From Fimbriimonadales bacterium (GTDB lineage Bacteria; Armatimonadota; Fimbriimonadia; Fimbriimonadales; ATM1), in contig JBPCLO010000053.1 in the NCBI GenBank assembly GCA_051003155.1, forward strand, positions 1 through 64,000: a DNA stretch of 64,000 bases, read 5' to 3'. Under the pieces are notes generated by a model that worked only from the letters and a program-made list of their open reading frames with translations, had not been told where the DNA came from and ran no database searches. How positions within the stretch are numbered: position 1 is the first letter of the stretch; each line of letters begins with the position of its first letter. Shown piece after piece: positions 18,032 to 26,788 of this stretch. A program made the translations under genes and the position numbers.

Positions 18032-18635
18032 CCCTAAGCATCACCAGCTTGCCGGCCTCTATTCTGAGCGGCCGGCCATGGTCGTCGACCCATGCCTTTC
18101 CAGGCCCGGACTTGGTTAGGTGCGCCTTCACGGCTTTGCCACGGATCTTCAGCGTCCCCGATCCCACGTACGCCACCTGCGTCTTTACCCAGGCGAGTTC
18201 CTTCATGTCGAAACGGTGGTAAATGCTCTTCGCGCCGGGCTTGGGCTTGTCGCGCAGGAACCAAAACTCGCTTTGAGCGCGGACGTCGGCACTCGTGGGA
18301 ATCGGAATGGCCTTTGTTTCGGTCTGACCCTCCGCTTCCATCACGACCGTCACGACGCCCGCGCTAAACGTGGCAACCCGTGAACCCGCCCCTTCCTGTG
18401 AGAATGTCTTGCGCACCGGCCGGGCGTCCTTGTTGTATTCGGCTTCCTCGATGATCGTAACGCTCTGAGGACCCTTGATGAGTTGCATCTTGAACTGGCC
18501 GACCTTGCCACCGGACTCAGTCAGCTTCTCGGTGATCCAAACGCGGCCTACGTCGGCGCCGTCGACTGTAAGGGCCATTTCGGTCGTTTGAACCGTCGAC
18601 GCTAGGCAAGCGGCCACTAAGATCGCAGTATGCAT
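18024..18635 (-). CDS. Hypothetical secreted protein
   Basis: Signal peptide; overlaps the dapB start. Confidence 0.7.
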   Translation of the reverse strand: MHTAILVAACLASTVQTTEMALTVDGADVGRVWITEKLTESGGKVGQFKMQLIKGPQSVTIIEEAEYNKDARPVRKTFSQEGAGSRVATFSAGVVTVVMEAEGQTETKAIPIPTSADVRAQSEFWFLRDKPKPGAKSIYHRFDMKELAWVKTQVAYVGSGTLKIRGKAVKAHLTKSGPGKAWVDDHGRPLRIEAGKLVMLRDG

Positions 18636-19340
18636 TGTAAACTCTCTGTCATAAGAGGGACTTTACTCAATGCTGGCGCCGTCGTGGCCGGCGGGCTGTT
18701 GGGGCTTGCCGGGCGCGAACATCTGCCGAGTCCATACAAGGACCTGTCGCTGGTTGCGATCGGAATCGGAACACTGGCCATGGGCGTCAAGATGTTCCTC
18801 TCGACCCGCAATCCGTTGGTACCCGTAGGCTCCTTGATCGTCGGCGGGCTCATCGGCCATCTTGTCGGTTTCCAAGCGGGGATCGAAGCGTTCGGAGATT
18901 GGGCGCAAGCGGCGATCGGCGGCGGTGAAGCCTTCTCCGCCGTGTTTGTCGCCACGAGCATCCTCTTTTGCGTCGGGCCGATGACGATTCTGGGTTGCCT
19001 GGAGGATGGCCTTGAAGGCAAGATTCACCTGCTGGGGATCAAGTCGGCCTTGGACGGCGTGTCGTCGGTGTTTTTCGCGGCGGCCTCCGGACCCGGGGTG
19101 TTGCTATCCGCCGGAACCGTTCTTGCTGTCCAGACTCCACTGACCCTGTGGGCCCGCCGCCTCAGGTTCTTGGCCGAGCGGCGGCACATTCTCCACGAAG
19201 TAACCGCAACCGGCGGACTCATCCTCATCGCCATCGGGCTCAACCTGCTCGACCTGAAGGCGATTCCGACGGCCGATTTCATTCCCGGCCTCGTTTTGGC
19301 CGGATTTACGGGGTGGAAGTTGGGCCCCTCGCCGTCGTAG
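18630..19340 (+). CDS. DUF554 family membrane protein (start uncertain, possibly ATA 18651)
   Basis: GTLLNAGAVVAG, SILFCVGPMTILGCLEDGL, KSALDG. Confidence 0.85.
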   Translation: MHCKLSVIRGTLLNAGAVVAGGLLGLAGREHLPSPYKDLSLVAIGIGTLAMGVKMFLSTRNPLVPVGSLIVGGLIGHLVGFQAGIEAFGDWAQAAIGGGEAFSAVFVATSILFCVGPMTILGCLEDGLEGKIHLLGIKSALDGVSSVFFAAASGPGVLLSAGTVLAVQTPLTLWARRLRFLAERRHILHEVTATGGLILIAIGLNLLDLKAIPTADFIPGLVLAGFTGWKLGPSPS

Positions 19341-19371
19341 CGGCAAGGGGAGAAGTAGCAGCCCAAGAAAG

Positions 19372-19401
19372 ATACCCTCATCCCTCCGAGGATGAGGGTA
19401 T
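19372..19401 (-). terminator. Terminator hairpin between convergent genes
   Basis: ataccctcatcc-ctccga-ggatgagggtat 12-bp stem. Confidence 0.7.
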
Positions 19402-19410
19402 TCAGTTGCG

Positions 19411-20661
19411 CTACTTTCGTAGGTAGACCCAGACTACGCCGGTGCCTTCCGCCGGTGGTTTGAGCTTCGCGATCTCGGGATACAGCGAGGAGGACTTCTT
19501 AATGACCCTCTGATACTCCTTATCCCTTTGTGCTTCTTTCTGATAGGCCTTCCCGTAGGCGCCCATCTGAGACTGCTCGAGTTCACTGAACTTCTTCTTA
19601 TCAAGCGATTTCAGCGCGGCATTGCCGAGCCGCTGCTGGCAGATCGACATTTTGCGCTTGAGCTCCTCTTGCTGAGCTTCGAGCCTCTTCAGCTTCTTCT
19701 GCTCATCCGCCGAGAGTTTCGGCGCCGGCTTTTCGAGCTGAATGTAATCGCCTACGAGCAGGTCGAGCTTGCCGTCGCCGTTCCAGTCCGCCGCGTATGG
19801 CTTGGTTCTGGCTCCGGGTTTGGCAGGTGAGAACCCCGTCGGCGAACTCGGGTCCAATTTTCGCGACTTCCAGGCATCCGCTTGCTTTTGCATCGGAATG
19901 ACGAGGGCATTGTCTTTGTCCACGGCGAGGTCGATAGAACCGTTGGCCGTGCCCTTGTAGAAGCTCACGTTGCCGGTGTCGTCACCTAGGAGCAAGTCGA
20001 GGATTCCGTCACCGTCCCAATCGACGATGCACGGGCCGCCGTCAGGAGCGTGGATGGGCTTGCCGTCGAGCTTGAACTCCTCGCCGTCGCCAAACGTCAT
20101 GTCGCCGTTGTTGCGGAACAGCTTGACCGGGCCCATGATGACGCCCATAGCGATATCGTAATCGCCGTCACCGTCCCAGTCGCCCAGGCAAGGCGTTTGC
20201 GCGTAATCCGCTGAGAGGGGCTTGCCGTCTTTCTTAGTGATCGGCTTGCCTTCGGCGAACTTACCGTCGCCCAGTCCCTTGAAGAAAGTGAGGCTCTTAG
20301 TGTAGGAGCCGGAGATCATGTCGGGCTTGCCGTCGGCATCGAAGTCCGCGAACCGCGGACCGAAGCCGATGCATCACCCAGCGTCGATTTGGGCGATCTT
20401 GCCGCCAGCCTGGAACCATTCGAACTTGTCGAACTTGGGCTCGATGCGCGTGCCGACGTTCTTGTAGACGCGGAGCCTGCCCTGGCCGAACTGGCCAACG
20501 AGCAAGTCGGGGAGTTGGTCGCCGTCGAAATCGGCGAGAATGGGAGCTGCGTGGCCGACTTCGACCTTGATGATCTCATCGCCTGCTTTCGCGAGGAATG
20601 GCTCTGCGAGCTCAATTTTAGGTTGGCTCGCGATTATCGGAAGAAACGCGATCCATAACAT
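19411..20661 (-). CDS. FG-GAP/VCBS repeat protein, probably secreted; candidate selenoprotein (in-frame TGA at 20376-20374 = U96, followed by C97); 416 aa
   Basis: ORFs 20374-20724 and 19411-20319 share a frame; the 18 codons between them (CIGFGPRFADFDADGKPD) start an FG-GAP repeat; SECIS-like hairpin follows the TGA. Confidence 0.8.
20336..20372 (-). promoter_or_regulatory. Putative bacterial SECIS element
   Basis: GCAUCGG-(CUUC bulge)-GGUCCGCG-GUU-CGCGGACU-UCGAUGC; apical loop G at +21 from the UGA. Confidence 0.7.
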
Positions 20662-20930
20662 AACCTCATTATATCGGCAAACGGACAGAGACGCTTGGGC
20701 ACGGAACATCCGCAAGACGGTCAACCTAGCACAAACGAGGAGCCAAAGAAGGCGTCATCACGTCACATTCCCAAACACACAGCTGTCGTGATGACGATTT
20801 GCGAACCTGGCCAGCGCCTCAGCGACGGTCGTCAGTCGGCGGTTGTCTTCGTCGATCTGCCTGGCACCCAACTGTCGTGATGACGCCTACAGCAGGGCAT
20901 GGCCATTGCGAAGGCCCTCGAAAAGCATGG

Positions 20931-22835
20931 TTATTGCGGGCGGGCGGACATTCGCACGAGGTTTTGAGCAGCCTCTGCGAAGACCGCCACGGTCAGCCCT
21001 GCCTCGCGGAGGAGGTCGGATTGCGAGCCGTGCTCGATGAAACGGTCGGGGAGAGCGTGGAGGCTGACCTGCACATGCGACATGCCCCTCTTATGAAGGA
21101 GCTTCAAAACCGCTTCGCCGATGCCGCCGGGGGCGACGTTCTCCTCTGCCATTACGAGACGGCCGGTCTTCCTGGCGAGCGCCACGATTGCTTCTTCGTC
21201 GAGCGGCTTTGCGAAGCGGGCGTTCACGACCTCCGCCTCGATGCCTTGCTCAATGAGAACTTGCGCAGCACGGTTCATAAGCGCCACGGTGCTGCCATAA
21301 CCGACAAGGCCGACATCTTTGCCTTCGCGCAACGTCTCCGCTTTGCCGAAAGCGATCGGAGTTCGGCGTTCGGGCAGCGAATCGTCCGCTGATCCGCGGG
21401 GATACCGAATCGCGATCGGGCCCCTGTCGTAAGCCATGGCAAACCGAATCATTTCGGCCAGCTCCGTCGTATCCCTCGGAGCGAGAAGCACGAAATTCGG
21501 AATCATCATCAGATAGCTGATGTCGAACGCGCCGTGGTGCGTCGCGCCGTCAGCGCCCACCAAGCCGCCGCGGTCCATAAAGAATCGTACGGGTAGGTTT
21601 TGTACAGCTACATCGTGCAAAACCTGATCCCATCCTCGTTGGAGGAAGGTCGAATAGATGGTGCAGGCAGGCTTGAGGCCCCCGGCTGCGAGCCCGGCAG
21701 CAAACGTAACGGCATGCTGCTCGGCGATGCCCACGTCGAAGTACTGCCCCGGCAGTTCCTTGCTGAACTTGGTCAGTCCCGTCCCATCGGGCATTGCAGC
21801 GGTGATGGCGACGATTTCCGGATCCTCTTTGGCAAGAGCGAGAATTGTTTCCCCAAATTGATTTGTATAACTTATCGGCCCGGAGCTACTCACCATTTCA
21901 CACTTATCGGGGTCGAACGGTACCACTCCATGCCACTTCCGGGCATCGCCTTCGGCGACCTCATAGCCTTTGCCTTTCACCGTTATTGCGTGGACAAAAA
22001 CGGGCCCTTTCAATTCGCGAACGTTCGCGAATACGTCGAGCAGCACGTCGAGGTCATGCCCGTCGATCGGCCCGATGTATTCGAAGCCGAGCTCTTCGAA
22101 GATGGCGCCCGTGTCTTCGGGTGCAAAGTAATGCGTAACTCCATGCTTGAGCCCCGCCGCAGCCTTGACCATCGGCCTTGGCAGCTTCTCCACGGCGCGC
22201 TTGACGCGATTCTCGGCTTCCTGGAACCACGGACGGCTGCGGAGCTTGGCAAAGTGGTTGGAAAGCGAGCCGACGCTGTTCGCAATCGACATGTTGTTGT
22301 CGTTCAGAACCACCGTGAGGTCGGTCTCCAGCGCCGCGGCATTGTTCAGCGCTTCCCATGCCATGCCACCCGTCATAGCGGCATCGCCGGTAATCGCGAC
22401 CACGCGCTCGCCCGTGCCGCGCTTGTCTCTGGCCACCGCATAGCCGAGGGCGGCCGAGATGGCCGTGCAAGCGTGCCCCGCGCCCCAGTGATCGTGCTCG
22501 CTCTCGGTCAACCTGAGGAAGCCGCCAATGCCCCCGGTCTGGCGAAGCGAGTCGAATTGCGACAAGCGGCCACTGAGCATTTTGTGGGGATAGGCCTGGT
22601 GGCCGGTATCCCAGCAGACCTTGTCGGGCGGTAGGCTGAAAGTCGCGTACAGGGCGACGGTCAACTCCACCGTTCCTAAGTTGCTGGCAAAGTGCCCGCC
22701 GGTTTTGCTGACATTGTCCAGGATGGCCTGGCGCACTTCCGTGCAAAGCTCATGAAGCTGAGGGCGGGTAATTTTGTGGACGTCCGACGGATGAGTGATC
22801 CCTTCGAGAAGCGGGTACTTGGTGGTATCGGTCAT
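20931..22835 (-). CDS. dxs: 1-deoxy-D-xylulose-5-phosphate synthase
   Basis: GGHFASNLG, WDTGHQAYPHK, GDAAMTGGMAWEALN, DVGIAEQHA, DGATHHG. Confidence 0.97.
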   Translation of the reverse strand: MTDTTKYPLLEGITHPSDVHKITRPQLHELCTEVRQAILDNVSKTGGHFASNLGTVELTVALYATFSLPPDKVCWDTGHQAYPHKMLSGRLSQFDSLRQTGGIGGFLRLTESEHDHWGAGHACTAISAALGYAVARDKRGTGERVVAITGDAAMTGGMAWEALNNAAALETDLTVVLNDNNMSIANSVGSLSNHFAKLRSRPWFQEAENRVKRAVEKLPRPMVKAAAGLKHGVTHYFAPEDTGAIFEELGFEYIGPIDGHDLDVLLDVFANVRELKGPVFVHAITVKGKGYEVAEGDARKWHGVVPFDPDKCEMVSSSGPISYTNQFGETILALAKEDPEIVAITAAMPDGTGLTKFSKELPGQYFDVGIAEQHAVTFAAGLAAGGLKPACTIYSTFLQRGWDQVLHDVAVQNLPVRFFMDRGGLVGADGATHHGAFDISYLMMIPNFVLLAPRDTTELAEMIRFAMAYDRGPIAIRYPRGSADDSLPERRTPIAFGKAETLREGKDVGLVGYGSTVALMNRAAQVLIEQGIEAEVVNARFAKPLDEEAIVALARKTGRLVMAEENVAPGGIGEAVLKLLHKRGMSHVQVSLHALPDRFIEHGSQSDLLREAGLTVAVFAEAAQNLVRMSARPQ

Positions 22836-24100
22836 CTGTTTTGCGTCCGAGACGCGTGGAATGCTTCCGCAAGCTTAACTATCTCACTAGCGTACCGCGA
22901 CGACGCTCCCAGATTCTCGGCGACGAGTTTCTTACCGGCTTCCGACATCGACTTTCGCAAACCTTCATCATTCAGCAACAAATCGATGGCGGCCCTTAGT
23001 TCCTCGGCGGTCGAAGCGACTTTGAGCGCGCCCCTTTCGAGACCCGATTCGAACGGCTCTCGGAAGTTTTTCATATGGGGTCCGCAGATCACCGGGCAGC
23101 CGGATGCCATGGGCTGGATGATGTTTTGGCCACCCAGGTCCGCGAAGCCGCCACCGATGATCGCGATGTCTGCCTCGGGATAAATAAATGCTAATTCGCC
23201 AAAAGTGTCGAGGACAAGAAAGTCCGCCTCGTTTTCACCTTTCGACCTAAGGCCGGTCTTGAAACCCGCAGCGGTCGCTTTTGCCTGAACGCCGTCGCCC
23301 CGCTCGACGTGTCTGGGGGCAAAGACGACTCTGGCATCGAGACCCTTCAGGGCGGCGATGATGAGGTCTTCCTCCTCTTCGCCCCTCGCACTGCCCACAA
23401 CGATGAGCTTCTCAGTAGGCGAAACTGCTAACTTGGCTCTCCAGTTCGCATTGACTATTTCGACGGCTTCGTCGTACTTGCTGTTTCCCAGGTCCTTCGT
23501 TTCACTCGCCCCGAGTTCGGAAGCACGAATCCGATCCGAAAGTGTTTGCATCAAGCACAGATCCAATTTGGAGAAAATCTCGCGGTAAAAGAATGCAATT
23601 TTCGATGCACCACGGAAGCTCTTTTCGGAAATTCGTCCGTTCGCCAGACACGTTTTTGCATTCGTCAATTTGGCCGCCCAAAGAAAATTGAGCCATAGTT
23701 CCGTCTCCATAATGACGACGACGGCTGGTTCGACCCGGGTCATGGCAGCCATACAGAATCTAGGAATATCGATCGGTAAATAAAATAGGTAGTCGACTTG
23801 CTTTCCGACCATCGGCTCAGCCACCGATCTTCCTGTGCTCGTCGTACAAGTCAATACTATTTCATGGTCTGGCAATCGTGTCTTGAGCTCCGTTATTATC
23901 GGTCTGGCCGCGAACACCTCTCCCACGCTAACCGCATGCAACCAAATTCTCTGGCGATCGATTCTCCTCGGAATCACGTATTCGCCGGCACGCTCCTTCC
24001 AGTTCGGCTTGTCCTTTCTCTTGCTTGCCCGCCAGAGCATCCAAGGGACCCAAATGGGCGCAAGGCCAATTAGGGCGATATTGTAGAGGAGCCAGATCAA
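22832..24100 (-). CDS. waaA: 3-deoxy-D-manno-octulosonic acid transferase
   Basis: IWLHAVSVGE, METELWLN, APRHVER, DTFGEL, GGQNIIQP; TTG start overlaps the upstream stop. Confidence 0.9.
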   Translation of the reverse strand: MIWLLYNIALIGLAPIWVPWMLWRASKRKDKPNWKERAGEYVIPRRIDRQRIWLHAVSVGEVFAARPIITELKTRLPDHEIVLTCTTSTGRSVAEPMVGKQVDYLFYLPIDIPRFCMAAMTRVEPAVVVIMETELWLNFLWAAKLTNAKTCLANGRISEKSFRGASKIAFFYREIFSKLDLCLMQTLSDRIRASELGASETKDLGNSKYDEAVEIVNANWRAKLAVSPTEKLIVVGSARGEEEEDLIIAALKGLDARVVFAPRHVERGDGVQAKATAAGFKTGLRSKGENEADFLVLDTFGELAFIYPEADIAIIGGGFADLGGQNIIQPMASGCPVICGPHMKNFREPFESGLERGALKVASTAEELRAAIDLLLNDEGLRKSMSEAGKKLVAENLGASSRYASEIVKLAEAFHASRTQNR

Positions 24101-24750
24101 ATGTAATCCATCTCCTTTTCGCCTTGGAGTTCGACCCTGTCGATCGCATTCTGGATCTCCACCTTTTTTTTCTCGACTTCTTCTTCGGATATTTCCTTGG
24201 GAACAGAAATCGGATCTGACAGAATTAGAAGCCCTTTCCCGAAAGGCAAAGGCACTTGATAAGAATCCCAACTATTGACGAGTTTCCTCGGCCTTGCAAC
24301 CGCTGTCGTGGGGAGTATTTCGGCATTTCCGTTTTGTGCAAGCCAGAGAAGACCCGGCTGAACGACATGTGTCGGCCCTTGTGGCCCGTCTGGCGAATAC
24401 ACTAAAATCTCGCCGTTTCGCAGCAATCGTGCACATTCCACTGCGGCCCGCGCACCGCCCTTTCCGGTGCTACCTCGCACCACTTTGAATCCGAGCTTCT
24501 GAAACACTCGTGTCATGATTTCGCCGTCTCGAGAGTGGCTAACCAGGACCCACCAGCCCCGATTGGCCCACCGCAAGGCTGCGAGAAACGAGCGCCCGTG
24601 CCATCCTGCTACGATCTTGCCTTTCGGATTGGCAGTCAAACGTTCCTCGCCTTTTGCCCGAATGCGCAGAGTCGCGCCTATGCAACGGGCTAAGCCGTAG
24701 ATGAGGGAGGCGATAACCGCTGGGCGGACCCGGCGCCACCAAGCGCGCAT
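24097..24750 (-). CDS. DUF374 / lysophospholipid acyltransferase family protein
   Basis: WHGR, SHSRDGE, VRGSTGKGG, PDGPQGP, SWDSYQVPLPF. Confidence 0.88.
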   Translation of the reverse strand: MRAWWRRVRPAVIASLIYGLARCIGATLRIRAKGEERLTANPKGKIVAGWHGRSFLAALRWANRGWWVLVSHSRDGEIMTRVFQKLGFKVVRGSTGKGGARAAVECARLLRNGEILVYSPDGPQGPTHVVQPGLLWLAQNGNAEILPTTAVARPRKLVNSWDSYQVPLPFGKGLLILSDPISVPKEISEEEVEKKKVEIQNAIDRVELQGEKEMDYI

Positions 24751-24777
24751 GCCAAAGGATACCGCCATACTGGGGTC

Positions 24778-25725
24778 ATGCTTGCCCGCGCCGCTTCGCT
24801 GCTGCCAGCACTGCTTTTGTTCGGATGTGCGCCGCAGATAGTCGAGCGCAAGGCACGAACCGTCGGGGAGATCTTCTGCTATGACCGAACGCTTCCGCTC
24901 GACGCTGTCACGACCAGTTCCGTAAGTTCCGGCATCGAAACGGTCAAGGTCAGCTTCAATGGCCAACGCGGACGCGTACCCGGAATCCTCAACCTTCCGT
25001 CGAATGCATACAATCTCCCGATTGTGCTTCTGCTCCACGGGCTGGACAGCGATGCGGCGACGGCGTCTCGGACGGGGGCATTCCTGTTGGCATACGGTTA
25101 TGCAACTTTCGCTCTCGATGCACCGCGCCACGGAACCCGTAGAGTGTCCGGCGAACAGTTGATCTCGGACGACTTGGCCGAGACGCGTGCCTTGCTTGTC
25201 CAGGCGACGGTGGATTATCTGCGCGGACTCGATTACTTAACCTCCCGCGTAGACGTCGACACGGATCGCGTTGTTCTTATGGGCGCTAGTTTCGGCGGGA
25301 TACTGGGGACTCTCGTCACAGCGGCTGACCCCCGAGTCGATGCTGCAGCACTCATCATCGCGGGAGGCGACTTCGGAGAGTTGGCGAAGAGCTCGCTAAA
25401 GGAGTTAGAGCCGCTGCGGCGGGCAATCGCGCGCTCCGGCCTTCACGAGTTGGAGCGCTTGCTCGGAGATGTCGATCCTAAGAATTGGATCGGATCGATC
25501 TCGCCGAGGCCGGTTCATATCGTGAACGGAAAGCAGGACGAAGTCGTGCCGAACGCAGCCGCCATGTCGCTTGTCTCTGCGGCGAAGGAGCCCAAGACCA
25601 TTTACTGGGACGACGTCGGCCACACCATTGCGATTACGAGGCTCGGAGACATTGTCGACTGGTTGTTGAAGAACACCCCTAAGGCGTCACTTGAACCGTC
25701 TGTCCGTCGTTCAGACCGGACTTAA
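24778..25725 (+). CDS. Alpha/beta hydrolase lipoprotein
   Basis: Lipobox LFGC; LLLHG; GASFGG nucleophile elbow; D and H near the C-terminus. Confidence 0.85.
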   Translation: MLARAASLLPALLLFGCAPQIVERKARTVGEIFCYDRTLPLDAVTTSSVSSGIETVKVSFNGQRGRVPGILNLPSNAYNLPIVLLLHGLDSDAATASRTGAFLLAYGYATFALDAPRHGTRRVSGEQLISDDLAETRALLVQATVDYLRGLDYLTSRVDVDTDRVVLMGASFGGILGTLVTAADPRVDAAALIIAGGDFGELAKSSLKELEPLRRAIARSGLHELERLLGDVDPKNWIGSISPRPVHIVNGKQDEVVPNAAAMSLVSAAKEPKTIYWDDVGHTIAITRLGDIVDWLLKNTPKASLEPSVRRSDRT

Positions 25726-26788
25726 TTTCCGTGAATCCCGTGCCGCTAAGTCCAACTTCCACCGGGTTTGCAACCCAATCGCCGTTTATGAGCACGTTTA
25801 CGAAGGGCTTGCCTGAGCTGTCCTTCTCTACCGAGGCAGTGGGCACTGCCAGAACATCCTTGGCTTCGCCTGTTTTCACTGCCACGCCCGCTACTTCGGC
25901 CCCCGGCTTGACTAGCCCTTGGTCGTTGTCAAACTCAATGTGCGCAATGGGGTCCATTTCCCCTTCCACCGAAGTTGTAGTAACCCGGCGCACGCGACCC
26001 TCGAACTCTCGATCGAGGCCCTTGAATGTAAGCTTGACTTCGGCGCGCTGCTTGATGAAACCAAACTGCTCCGCGGATAGGTTTGCGTATACCATCAGGG
26101 CGCCGAGGTCGACAATTTTGGCGACGGGCTGTTTTGCGTCCGCGCCGACCTCTTGTCCGGATTGGGCGTTGAGCTCGAGCACGGTACCTGCAATGGGTGC
26201 GCGGATCGATGCCTGCTTTGCGCCTGATTGAGCTGCTCTCAGATATTCGCGGGCATCCTCGAGCTGCTGCTGAAACGGAACCAGGTTGGCGCTCAAGTCA
26301 GCCTTTGCGGCCTGCAGATTCTGCTCAGCAGCCATCCGGGCCCGCGTCACCTCGGGCAGGCTCACGCCTGTGGCCCCTTCTGCAACTAGGGCCCGCGCTT
26401 CCCTTTCTGAAGTTCGCGCCTGGGCAAGGGCTTGTTCCGCTGCGCGAACCTCAGCCCCGTACTGAGTTTTGGCTTGGCTCAAGGCAGCCTCGGCGGCTTT
26501 GACGCGGCCCCTCGCCTGCGAATAGGCCGCCTCGGCCGAAGGTAAGGACAGTTGCATCAAAACGTCTCCGCGCTTCACTTGAGCCCCAACCGTGACCATC
26601 ACCTTCTCGACAGGGGCACGGTAAGGCGGTAGAACCGATACTTGCGCGGTCGGCGGGGTAACGAGATCACCTTTCAGGACCTCGTATCCGATCACGTCAC
26701 GGCGAGCAACCTGTGTCGACGTTGGCTTCGAACATCCACTTGACAGGGCCGCGGCCAGTCCAAACACGTAAATAGGTCGAATTCTCAT
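25679..26788 (-). CDS. Efflux periplasmic adaptor (HlyD/MFP family) lipoprotein
   Basis: VKRGDVL, IRAPIAGTV, LAVPTASV, VEVGLSG..TEIKSGL. Confidence 0.85.
   Translation of the reverse strand: MRIRPIYVFGLAAALSSGCSKPTSTQVARRDVIGYEVLKGDLVTPPTAQVSVLPPYRAPVEKVMVTVGAQVKRGDVLMQLSLPSAEAAYSQARGRVKAAEAALSQAKTQYGAEVRAAEQALAQARTSEREARALVAEGATGVSLPEVTRARMAAEQNLQAAKADLSANLVPFQQQLEDAREYLRAAQSGAKQASIRAPIAGTVLELNAQSGQEVGADAKQPVAKIVDLGALMVYANLSAEQFGFIKQRAEVKLTFKGLDREFEGRVRRVTTTSVEGEMDPIAHIEFDNDQGLVKPGAEVAGVAVKTGEAKDVLAVPTASVEKDSSGKPFVNVLINGDWVANPVEVGLSGTGFTEIKSGLNDGQTVQVTP

Noticed and set aside
19411..20724. Two separate FG-GAP genes or a nonsense pseudogene
   Set aside because: Same frame, the gap encodes part of a repeat, the TGA is next to Cys, and a SECIS-like hairpin follows. 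Disfavoured but not excluded.
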